A DNA stretch of 64,000 bases from Octopus sinensis (Eukaryota): contig NC_042997.1 in the NCBI RefSeq assembly GCF_006345805.1, positions 145,018,001-145,082,000 on the forward strand, read 5' to 3'. Shown here one piece after another: positions 52,097-64,000 of the stretch; position 1 is the first letter of the stretch; every line of letters begins with the position of its first letter. The notes beneath the pieces are model-generated. The model was not told the DNA's origin, searched no databases, and saw only the letters and a program-made list of their open reading frames with translations. The translations under genes and the position numbers were made by a program.

Positions 52097-52401
52097 GGTG
52101 GAGGCACATGGACTAGTGGTTAGAGCAGCGGACTCGCGGTCGAGGGATCGTGGGTTCGAATCTCAGACCGGGCGATGTGTGTGTTTATGAGCGAAATACC
52201 TAAGCTCCACGCGGCTCTGGCAGAAGGTAATGGTGAACTTCTGCTGACACTTTCGCCACAATTTTCTCTCACTCTTTCCTCCTGCATCTTACAGCTCACC
52301 TGCAACGGACCGTCGTCCCGTCCAGGTGGAGAACCTATATGCCAAGGAAACCGAGAAACCGGCTCTTATGAGCCAGGCATGGCTCGAGAAGGAGCAAAAA
52401 A
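52097..52401 (+). mobile_element. SINE family D, tail variant 1
   Basis: A box TGGACTAGTGG, B box GGTTCGAATC; tail GGAAACCGAGAAACCGGC.CTTATGAGCCAGGCATGGCTCGAGAAGG. Confidence 0.88.
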
Positions 52402-53125
52402 TACTAATATTGAAAATACATTATGGGATATTGATTGTCTTTGTATCAGAGAGAAGTTTCAGCAGCCATATTTCAAAATCTGGTCTCTGACATTTCCATC
52501 TTTGTTCACAGCTCCACTATACGAAATATTTTCATCAATATCAATGCATTGCGTTGAATGTGGGGTTAATAGAGAGAGACCATTGACGGAATATTTTTGG
52601 TTTGGTAAGCAATTTCTCCTCAGTTCGATGTCAATTATAAATGTTTTGGCCCAGTTCCATCGTTATATCAACCGTCATTGTTGTTATAGAATTTGGCTGC
52701 TTTTTTAATATTTTAGATTTTTGCGTTGAAGGTCAATTAGATCATTCAAAATGAGATAATTTATTGCGTTATTGTTTTTTTATTGTTTCTTAACCACAGC
52801 ATATAACTCCTGTACTTATTCTTTAAAGCTAATACTTATTCTATCGGTCTCTTTTGCTGAACCACTAAGATATGGGGACGTAAAAACACCTACACCGGTT
52901 GTCAAGCGGGTTGGGGGACCATCACAGGTACAAAGACACACACGCACTCACATTGATACACATTCATATATACATATATAGAACGGGCTTCTTTCAGTTT
53001 CATACACGCACACACACATAGATACACACATATACATATATATATATATACAACATGCTTCTTTCAGTTTCCGGCTGTAATCAAAACATACTAGTACAAG
53101 GTGTAGACACAGTCTGTGTTTTAAA

Positions 53126-53773
53126 CAGTGGTGGCTCGTAGATAAAATCAGTGGTGGTGCTTCTTCTGAAAATGTTTAGCCGTTGTTTTAATATTGTGTA
53201 AAAGAGAACAAACATATAAAAAGACTATTCATACATAAACTTAGTCGGTTCTCGTTTTAGTCACTGCCGGGTAGTGTGTTTAATTTGTTCACTGAATACC
53301 GCCGCGAATTGTCCCTTGTTTTTCAAAAATATAACTAAATCACAAAATAAGATAGGAAAATCTGCCACTGAAGCTGGAAGCAGCATAATAATCTAATTCT
53401 TCACTTTATCACATTCAAGAATATAAACACGTTTTTAGGCACAACACACGCTGAGTCAAAAAGGAACACTGCCTTTCACCGGCACTGCGTGAACGACAGT
53501 GCTCTCACTCCCTAACGTGCAGCTTCCTATCTCGGACAGGTGAGCATGCGCACAACAACCAAACAGCGCGTCGCTGGAACTGTGAAGCGTGTAGTTCTAT
53601 ACAAGGATTTTTGTATTTTTACATAAACTAGGAGATGGCTACTAACATTAAACTTAAGGATTATATAATGTACAAGTATAAAGAAAGAATTAAAGAAAAA
53701 AGGACTCATTATATTGAATGTTATCGATAATATCGAGTGGAAATAGGGGGTTCCGCAGTACGAGCCGCCACTG
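53126..53773. mobile_element. hAT MITE with perfect 8-bp TSD
   Basis: TIR CAGTGGTGGCTCGTA / TACGAGCCGCCACTG; TSD GTTTTAAA at 53118-53125 and 53774-53781. Confidence 0.92.
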
Positions 53774-53809
53774 GTTTTAAATAATAAAAAAACCAACGTA
53801 AGCTAATTT

Positions 53810-54330
53810 TCTATGAGCGATTGTTCTGTGTATCTGCCTCTCCACAACGCTCCCTTCTTTCCACTTGCTTATCCATCAATTATTACGTTGCTGTACCATA
53901 GTCTTAGAGTTAATCTGTTGCAACAGCTTGTGTAGAGCTTATGCTCAATGATTAAAACAAACATAATGTTAAACAAGTCAACCGTGGAGCCTCTACATGG
54001 CCATTCAAGGAGTTAGAAACAGAAACCAAATCTTCCTCAAACAAAACCCTACCATCTTTAAAATTCCACATTGAGCAGCGTGGTTCTTGATTGGAACGCC
54101 TTAGATTATCACTCTGTTTTATCAGAACCGTCTTGGGACAATACAACAATCAATAGCCACATTGATTGGTCACGTTGCGGCTCCACCGTCGTCTTGTTTA
54201 AACATTATAAGCTTCGCCCACACTGTTTCAAGCCATTAATACAAAACTAATGAGAATACAGCAACGTGGTAATTGATGGACAAGCAAATGGACAGATGGA
54301 ATTTGTGGAGATACGCTGAACAATTGCTAA
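53810..54330. mobile_element. Old foldback/palindromic MITE
   Basis: Mirrored blocks TCCACTTGCTTATCCATCAATTATTACGTTGCTGTA / TACAGCAACGTGGTAATTGATGGACAAGCAAATGGA and AATGTTAAACAAG..GTGGAGCC / GGCTCCAC..CTTGTTTAAACATT. Confidence 0.7.
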
Positions 54331-54621
54331 TAAATAAACTTAATTATTTATTTTATTTTTTAATTAAAACAACGGTTGCCAGTTTGTTGTTTTTAGTGTT
54401 TACCATAAGATCTTCTTGTGCTATGATTAATTAGCTTGGTATGTTAATGTTGCTTTCTGTGGTTCAATTTAACATTCTCAATTGTCTTCTATAGAACATC
54501 AACATGGTGTAACAATATCTGCCTATTACATGGATATATATCACTAAATGTCTTCATGATTGGTTTGTATATATGTATGCATGTATGTATGTATGTATAT
54601 GTGTGTGTGTATGTATATATG

Positions 54622-54708
<87 letters not shown>

Positions 54709-55884
54709 ATATATATATATATATATATATATACGCACACACACACACACAGTGCGGTGAATAAACTGTCGTCTAAATTATGCAAAAATGAAAATAACAC
54801 TGACATCCCATTTTAACGGATATATTTACCAAAATTACATAAATATCTTGCAATACTAAAAAATAAATTTATTCGATAAAATCGCCATTGGCTTCAACCA
54901 TGGCCTCCAGACGACTTCGGAATCTCCTGCGACTCTTCTGTTGCACGTGTGTGTATACGTGTCTATGTGTTTTGTATGTGTGTGCGCGTTTTGTGTGTGT
55001 ACACGGGTTTGCTTACTATACTGTTTGTATCCGTGCCCTTCATATAGTTCTTTCATTTATTTACTTATTTATCTCTCTATTTTTGCCCATTTCATCTTAA
55101 GTATGTGCAGATGTGTCTTATGTGTGTGTGTATATATGTGTATGGTTTTATGTACTATACTGCTTGTATCTGTGTCTTTTTCCCCCATTCTGTCTTTAGT
55201 TGTCATGTTGTGTAGTGTGATGATGGTTGGTGTTATTGTTCCATTCGCGTTTTCTGCTGAGGCTCGGTCTGTCTATTACTGTGTGTGGCCTCTGTAATCT
55301 TTCTAAGTGTCGTATCTGTTTTATGCGTTGATAACACCTTAACATCAATGCTATTAATTGAGTATGTTGGTAGAGCATTGATAAGCTTTACTCCTCTTTG
55401 AGCTCCCACCAATGTTCACCTATACGCTCCCCTATGCTACACGCCGTCTCCTCAGTGTAAGTTGTTGTCTTGTTTCTGCACCGTCCTTCAGTACATCATA
55501 TGCTATAATCTAAGAAAATTTTTAAAATCTACATACAAACAGTATAGTAAGCAAACCCATATACACACACAAAAAACACACACATACGAAACATATAGAC
55601 ACGCGTATACACACACACGCACACATACATACACACCCATACACACCCATACACACACAAGCGCAAACTCATGTGCAGATAAGGATACACACCACAGAAA
55701 GATAGAATGGGCTAAACAGAAAAGGAGATACGTGGGATGGAGAGTCGCTGGAATGGTCATAGGTGTGTGACGAAAGCTTTCCAGAGAATGGACATAAAAT
55801 AAGAACAATAATAAACAAGTGATGAACGAATAAGTAGTGCATGTGTTTATTTGGCAAAAAAAAAACAGCCACTTAAATATAACA

Positions 55885-55926
<42 letters not shown>

Positions 55927-57130
55927 TGTGTGCATGCCTCTGTGTATATATATATTTCCGTTACTGGTTTTGCTGTTTTGATTTGTTTTCCCATAGACCT
56001 CATAGCTCGCCCTTTTTGCTGTTCGGTCTAGAGAACTTTTTTTTTTGTACCTTACTCTGTCCTTCATTTTAGCTCAATTATGCCCCAGCAGTTTTTTTTA
56101 CTTTTAACGCCACTAAATTGAACAATATTATTCATAAAGTCTCGAAATTGTGACACGTTACCGTTGATGTTAAAACACATCTATACGTTTCGATATTCAG
56201 TCAAGATGAATTACAATCAGACTCTTTCTGTTTAATTCCAAATCCTAAACCCAATTCATCCTTCTGAGAATGGGACACTTTTCTACAGAGATGTAGAAAA
56301 GCATCCCATTCTTCTCATGATTACAGCTTATAGATCAAAAGCAAGTCTGCGGGTCATGCTGGTTCGTTCTCATAGTGATTTGATTCTTGTTAAACAGCTT
56401 TTCATTCGACGACAAAAACAGTTTGTGTTAGAATTATAAATCTGCATTCAAATATTTCAAGTGTGGTATCAGCGTATACCATAATTACAAAAAAATCTTC
56501 GTGAAATGCAGTTAGTGTTCGGTGAATTCATTATCGATCTTATAATATGAGTAAGGTCGGCATAATTGTAGAGGAAAAGTTTCAAACACACGTTTTTAAC
56601 AATCCCTAACGCCCTCCATGTCTGTAGTTTATGGCGCCATGTAAATACGTCTGTATGCGTATATGCATGTATGGATGTATGTATGCATCTATTTATACCC
56701 ATAAGGTATATCTATATCTGTCAGCCTATTTTTCTTTCTATCTCTGAATCTGTACCTTTAATGTATATCTGTGAATGTATATGTGCATGTACCTGTCTAT
56801 GTCCATGTTTAAATCTATATCTATCAACAAACTTCATTTCTTTCTTTATCTTCCTGCTTTTTTTCTACATGTGTGTACGTGCATGCGTACAGCTGCACGC
56901 GCGCGCTTGTGTACGCATGCTTGTCTGTACGTCAAATGTATTAACACACGCGTGTATATAATGTGGCGGAGTGTAACTTTATGCTAAAATACTCAACTAG
57001 TCAAATATCAAACACTCCGTTATTGATCTATCCAAACCACAATTATTATAGCTTGTATTTTTAGGTATTTATCCCTTTTCTGCAATATATTTTTTTTTAA
57101 AACCCCAAAAACATCGACTCAGAATTTATG

Positions 57131-57174
<44 letters not shown>

Positions 57175-57504
57175 AGTGTGTGTGTGTGTGTATACATGTA
57201 TCTATACAAGTATATTTATAAATATGTATGTATATATACATACATATATACGTGTATTTATATATATACATATATTATACACACACACACTCACATACAC
57301 ACACACATACATAATAGATATATACGTATTTATATATATATATGCATATATATATACATATATACATATATATATAAATACATACATATATATACATATA
57401 CATATATATATATATATATATATATTACATATATGTATAAATACATATATGTATATACAAATACATATATATATATAAATACACACACTCACACACACAC
57501 ATAC

Positions 57505-57542
<38 letters not shown>

Positions 57543-57917
57543 CACGTATATATGTATGCATGTATGTATATATACTGTGGTGAGAGAAACAAAAGTATAA
57601 TTTCGTATATTGATTATATTATATGCAGTAATAGTTTTTCACTTCTTACCTATCATATTGGGTGTCTAGCTACTTATATTGTAATTTGATTGTGGCGTCT
57701 TATATCTGAGGTCACATCCACGCTCACGCACCTTCGCACACAAACGCACACACACATACATAAACCTTCACACAAATGTATGCCTGTATGTGTATCTGTA
57801 TGTGTGCGCGCTCGTAAGAATTTAAACTTACTGTGCATTGCATGTGAATATGTTGTCGTTTAACTAAATAATCTCTCACTCACACATGCACATAAATATA
57901 CATGCTTATAAACGGAT

Positions 57918-57951
<34 letters not shown>

Positions 57952-58079
57952 ATACAGTATATTATATTAAATTTTACGCACACGCATACATACATCCTCT
58001 ATTAAATTTCACACACACACACACTCACACACATATATATTAAACTTATATATGTGTACATGTGAGTGTGTATGTGTGC

Positions 58080-58167
<88 letters not shown>

Positions 58168-58189
58168 AGAGAGATAGAGAGAGAGATAC

Positions 58190-58588
58190 TCTGTTACTTG
58201 TTTCAGTCATTTGACTGCGGCCATGCTGGAGCACCGCCTTTAGTCGAGCAAATCGACACCAAGACTTATTCCTTGTAAGCCTAGTACTTATTCTATCGGT
58301 CTCTTTTGCCGAACCGCTAATTTACGGGGACGTAAACACACCAGCATCGGTTGTCAAGCGATGTTGGGAGGACAAACACAGGCACACAAACACACACGCA
58401 TATATATATACATATACATATATACGACGGGCTTCTTTCAGTTTCCGTCTACCAAATCCACTCAGAAGGTTTTGGTCGGCCCGAGGCTATAGTAGAAGAC
58501 ACTTGCCCATGGTGCCACGCAGTGGGACTGAATCCGGAACCATGTGGTTGATAAGTAAGCTAGTTACCACACAGCCACTCCTGCGCCT
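58190..58588 (-). mobile_element. SINE family A, full length and well preserved
   Basis: All family A modules, close to the window consensus. Confidence 0.93.
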
Positions 58589-58797
58589 GATCTTTTTCTA
58601 TATACATCTATGCAGATTTAGTTTTATAAATGAGAAGAAATGAACGCAGTACATAAAGCATATATATATCATTTCTTAGGTATGACTTAACGTAAGAGAC
58701 TTAGAAACCTTAGATTTTCTTGCCAATGGATTTGTCAAAGTTCTACAAGAGCTTGTTGATGCAACTCTAGAACTGTGAGCCACTTATGTAACTTTTC

Positions 58798-58832
<35 letters not shown>

Positions 58833-59255
58833 TGTATGTATGTATGTATGTATGTATGTATGTATGTATGTATGTATGTATGCATGTGTATATGTATGCA
58901 TGAATATCAAACATCGTTATCGAGTTAGGGACAGAGAGATCTAATGGATACAAATTAATTTATTAATCAATCAATTTATTAATCAATCATTTTACGATAT
59001 TTTATATAATATATTTATTGAAAAAATATCTCTTTAAAATATAGTAAATTAAATCAGTGTATCTTGGATAAATATCCCCATAAGAGGTTTACATGTCCTC
59101 ATTGTGACTAAATATACTCTCTCCCTCTCTCACTCTCTCTCTCACTCTCTCTCTCTCTCTCACTCACTCTCTCTCTCTCTCTCTCTCTCTCATTCTCTCT
59201 CTCTCTCTCTCTCCCTCTCTCTCCTCTCTCTCTTCTCCTCGTCCTCTCCCCATCG

Positions 59256-59286
<31 letters not shown>

Positions 59287-59613
59287 CGTATCTCTATATT
59301 ATATATACGCAAAACATTCAAACGTTGAGATTTGAAATCAGATATCACTACTGTTCATATCATATGTGGATAAATTTAAAAATTGATGATATCACCAGCA
59401 GTGACATAGGTGGATCGAAGGGGCAATAGCATTAAGTAGCTATGAATTATAAATTTGCACGAAGCATAATGATGCTTAACAAGGATCACCTGCTAGAAAT
59501 AAGAGCTAAAGTCTTAAATTTACCCACTGTACCACACCAAGATAACAGAGAAAAACAGTATGCTAGGAAAACAGAAAGGATTAAAAAATTTATCAGCACA
59601 AATAATATATATA

Positions 59614-59940
59614 TGGCTCAGTGGTTAGAGCGTCGAGCTTACGATCGTGAGGTTGTGAGCTCGAATCCCGGACCGGGCTGCGTGTTGTGTTCTTGAGCAA
59701 GGCACTTTATTTCACGTTGCTCCAGTTCACTCAGCTGTAGAAATGAGTTGCGACGTCACTGGTGCCAAGCTGTATCGACCTTTGTCTTTCCTTGGATAAC
59801 ACTGTGGCGTGGAGGGGGAGGCTGGTATGCATGGGCGACTGCTGGTCTTCCATAAACAACCTTGCCCGGACTTGTGTCTAGGAGGTAACTTTCTAGGTGC
59901 AATCCCATGGTCCATTCATGACCGAAGGGGGTCTTTACCC
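59614..59940 (+). mobile_element. SINE family C, full length
   Basis: A box TGGCTCAGTGG, B-box-like GCTCGAATCC, GTGTTCTTGAGCAAGGCACTT central motif. Confidence 0.9.
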
Positions 59941-59974
59941 TTATATATATATATATATATATATCTATATATAT

Positions 59975-60165
59975 GATTGACCGGTAGCTCCAAAAGATTT
60001 TTTATTCTTTCTCTGTTTTATTTCCTCGTGTTCGTTTCTGTTGAAGAGCGTAGGCTCGAACGTAAAAGATTTTCTCACCTTCCCAAGTGTTACACTACAT
60101 AAACACCTGTTTTTGTTTTTACACCTGTCTTCGTCTTATACTTTTTTTCTGAAATTTTAACTATA
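59975..60165 (+). mobile_element. (TA)n-embedded hammerhead element, family H2
   Basis: TTT-CTGTTGA-A-GAGC-GTAG-GCTC-GAAC-GT-A-AAAGA at 60035-60069. Confidence 0.7.
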
Positions 60166-60298
60166 TATATATATATATATAATATATTATAATTATAAGT
60201 ATTGGTGTGTGTGTGGTGTGTGTATGTATGTATGTTTGTATGTATATATATATAGTGGTTTTTTCTTTCGAAAGTTTTTTTTAACACAATTGCTTGAA

Positions 60299-60398
60299 NN
60301 NNNNNNNNNNNNNNNNNNNNNNNNNNNNNNNNNNNNNNNNNNNNNNNNNNNNNNNNNNNNNNNNNNNNNNNNNNNNNNNNNNNNNNNNNNNNNNNNNN
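60299..60398. other. Assembly gap (100 N)
   Basis: Run of N. Confidence 1.
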
Positions 60399-60574
60399 AT
60401 TGCTGGAGCAACTCCTTTAGTCGAAAAGTCGACCCCGGACATTCTTTGTAAACCTAGTACTTATTCTATCGGACACTTTTGCCGCAGCGCTAGTTTACCC
60501 TAACATCGTGTCAAGCGATGATGGGGAACAAACACAGAGATGCAATACATATATATGTATATATGTATGTATAG

Positions 60575-60620
<46 letters not shown>

Positions 60621-60643
60621 TAGATATATAGATAGATTAGATA

Positions 60644-60687
<44 letters not shown>

Positions 60688-60819
60688 GAGAGATAAATAG
60701 ATAGATGTCCATCTTTCCTTTCCTCACGTGATCATCTTTCTTTTCCTTCAGTCTGTTGTGCAGTCCAGACGCATTCCTATCTGTCTCCTCTCCTATTATT
60801 TCTCTTATCAAAGAATCTT

Positions 60820-61160
60820 CTTCCACCGTTCGCTACCTTACCTCGTCTGAGCCTAACGGCCCTCCCTGTTTGTATTCATTTCGTTTGGTGTGTTGTATGC
60901 CCTGTTTCTGCTACCAACTTTGACCCTACGCAAATCCCAAATTTTATTTTGGTTCACGGGAGCAACTGCCTTCACAGTCTTAGCTTATCGTTCATTGCTT
61001 GAAATAAGGAGTAGAAGGACAGCCGACACCTGATGAAGGGTCGTTTTTTTATGTTACTTGTATTATTTTCCATTGTTTCTCTCGTTCTTTGCGTACCCAA
61101 CGTTATTTTCATATTTCATGTTGTTTACTTTTTATGACGTCCTGTACCCATACATGCATA
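60820..61160 (+). mobile_element. Family H4 element with truncated hammerhead
   Basis: GACAC-CTGATGA-AGGG at 61025-61040, then deletion; homologous to 20105-20410. Confidence 0.55.
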
Positions 61161-61511
61161 CCTATATTCATACATATGTATGTACATATATGTGTGTATA
61201 TATGCATATATATATACATTATTTATATTATAGAACGCCACACATCCATTTCCAAGTATATATATATATTACGGTATATGTTAACAAAGTTTGCTGTAAT
61301 AGGAAGTGTTGAGACGTAAAGAGATATACAGATATGGAGATAATTTATTCTCAAGTGCAGAATAATTCATGAACAGCGTGAGTGGAATGATATCCTTATA
61401 TTGCACATAGCTGGCCGCTGACAAAATTTTATGCAATATAAGAATGTTATCCTATTCACCAGTTCATTGCACTATTCTGCGCTTGAGAAGAAAATTATTT
61501 CCATATCTGTA

Positions 61512-61604
<93 letters not shown>

Positions 61605-61622
61605 GTATACATATATATATAT

Positions 61623-61790
61623 AACGAAGGAAAAACACAAGAAAAAAAGCACAACAAAACGGGGACGTGGTACATGCAAAGTATTAAAAGACTTTCAGGG
61701 AAGGAAAGGTTGTTTTACGTTTCGAGCATAGCTCTTCTTCAGAAACAGGAGACAGAGGAGAATCCAAGAGAAAAGGAAGACGGAGGATAC
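61623..61790 (-). mobile_element. (TA)n-embedded hammerhead element, family H3
   Basis: Homologous to 62995-63195; contains the intact motif at 61711-61747. Confidence 0.75.
61711..61747 (-). ncRNA. Minimal type-I hammerhead ribozyme, intact core
   Basis: TGTTT-CTGAAGA-A-GAGC-TAT-GCTC-GAAAC-GT-A-AAACA: perfect stems I and II, GUA triplet. Confidence 0.85.
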
Positions 61791-62340
61791 ACGATGGGTT
61801 TCTGTCAGTTTCGTCTATCAAATCCACTCACAAGGTTTTGGTCGGCCTGAGGCTATAGTAGAAGACACTTGCCTAAAGTGCCATGCAGTGGGACTGAACC
61901 CGGAACCATGTGGCTGGGAAGCAAGCTTTCTTTTATTATTTTACTTATTTCAGTCGTCTGCGGTCATACTGAAGCACCGCCTTCAGGGGTTTTAGTCGAA
62001 CAAATCTACCCTAAGGCTTATTTGTTAAGCCTAATATTTATTCTATAACCCTCTTTTTGCTGAACCGCTAGGTTATGGGGACGTAAGCACACCAACACCG
62101 GTTGTCAAGTGTTGATAGGGAGGGACAAACAGAGACACTAACACACACACATTGATATATACATACATATACGACGAGCTTCTCTCTACCAAACCCACTC
62201 AGCCAAATCATCTACCATATCCACTTACGAGGCTTTAGTCGGCCCATGGCTATAGTAGAAGACACTTGACCAAGATGCTGCACAGTGGGACTGAACCCGG
62301 AACCATGTAGTTGGGAAACAAGCTTCTTACCACACATTTG
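61790..62340 (-). mobile_element. Two SINE family A copies (5' part plus near-full copy)
   Basis: Two GAAGACACTTG..GTGGGACTGAACCCGGAACCATG cores. Confidence 0.85.
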
Positions 62341-62836
62341 TCAGCTGGAAGCCATCCTGAATTTTCACTAACCCTCAAGGTATATTACTGAGATATACTC
62401 TTCAGCAATGATGATAAAGTATAATGGAGATAAATTGAATTGATTCTAGCAAAACATCTAAAGTAAAACAAGTATATTTCATTAGTTCTGACATTAATGA
62501 CAAAATATGGAAATATTTATTATCAAGAATATCAGTTATTAAATGTTTCTGGAAATGCCGTAAGCAAAACTGCGCCAAATTATTTGTATTCTAGTGTTTA
62601 GTGGAAACTCTAGAAGATAATGTACATACACTCATGTACTCTCTTACTTGTTTCCGTCATTGGACTGTGGCCATACTTGAGCACCACCTTATCGGGTTAG
62701 CCGAATATATCAACCCTAGGGCTTAATTTAAGCCCTAGGGTTAATATGTATCCTGTCGATTACTCTGTCGTATCGATAATTTACGAGGATGTAAACAAAC
62801 GGGAAGCGGTTTTCGTGTGGTTGTCAATCGGATAGA

Positions 62837-62875
<39 letters not shown>

Positions 62876-62912
62876 TACACACATACATACATACATACAT
62901 ACATACATACAT

Positions 62913-62978
<66 letters not shown>

Positions 62979-62994
62979 CACACATATATATGTG

Positions 62995-63195
62995 ACCGCG
63001 TGTGTACCGTTGGCGATTTTTTTTTCCTCCGTCTTCCCTTCTCTGGATCTTTCCTTTTCCTGTGTTTCTGACGAAACGTAAAACCCTCCTTCTTCCCTTC
63101 CTTCCTGAGCTTCCAATAATACTATATTTGTTCCACGTCCTCGCGTTGTTGTGTTTTCTCTTTGTGTTATCATGTTTGGATAAACTTTATATATA
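62995..63195 (+). mobile_element. Family H3 element, hammerhead stem II deleted
   Basis: TGTTT-CTGACGA-AACGT-A-AAAC at 63063-63084. Confidence 0.7.
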
Positions 63196-63474
63196 TAAAC
63201 TTATAAGCGCCGAGTGAATCAGTATTCTACAGCAAATAAAAGAATTCTCGAAAACCGCATGGTGTAAAGACAGCTTAGAAAATCAGACAAATACTCTTCA
63301 GAAAACGGGAAAAAGTAGCCAACAGAGAAACGAACCCTCTACCTCTGGGGCTACCTTTTTTCTGTCTTCTAAAGGGTATTAACCTGATTTCCTAAACCGT
63401 CTTCACAGCCATCCTGCTTTCAAGAACTTTATTTTCTGTAGAATACTGTCTCACTCGGTATTCTAATTCTTGTG

Positions 63475-63532
<58 letters not shown>

Positions 63533-63843
63533 GGTGTCTTCTTGCAGTTTCTGTCAATCAGATGCATTCAGGAAAACGTTGGCCTCGTGTTATAGTAGAG
63601 GACATTTGACCAGTTTGCTGCACGTTAGGATTGAACACGGACCAAGTGGTTACTAAGCGAAATTCTTAACCACATAGCCAAATCAATCCAAACGTGTATG
63701 TATGTATGTATGTATGTATGTATGCATGTATGCATATGTATATATATATATATATGTTTGTGATGTGTGTATATGTATATATATGTATGTATATATGTAT
63801 ATATATATTAATATATATATATATATATTATATATATATATAT

Positions 63844-63874
<31 letters not shown>

Positions 63875-64000
63875 ATAAACAAATGCCGTTAATTTAATGA
63901 AATTCGATTCAATCGATTATTACTCTCCTCTTCTTCTCGAACTATTTGCAATGTTTCTATATAAAATATCGATCTTTCCATATTGTCTATCGTTGTCATT

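Overview
AT-rich, microsatellite-dense eukaryotic DNA, very likely from an octopus (inferred from the SINE families and the simple-repeat load). There is one 100-N assembly gap. I found no confident host-gene exon, and almost every ORF in the track is a microsatellite artefact. The window is mostly mobile-element remains: (1) at least five tRNA-headed SINE families, labelled A-E here; (2) fossil LINEs of the CR1/L2, RTE, R4/Dong and probably Tx1 groups; (3) DNA transposons: a full-length defective mariner, a POGK/pogo-type transposase, a Merlin derivative, hAT and Kolobok-like MITEs, and Helentron/DINE-like elements; (4) several short elements carrying minimal type-I hammerhead ribozyme motifs of the Penelope/retrozyme kind. 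The most unusual observations are a tRNA-headed SINE whose 3' tail contains a hammerhead, several (TA)n-embedded hammerhead element families (one copy has an intact core), stacks of family-B SINEs separated by copies of one target sequence, a LINE 3' end matching the family-A SINE tail, and a non-autonomous R4/Dong chimera bounded by TAA repeats. Element boundaries were read by eye and are approximate except where TIRs or TSDs are quoted.
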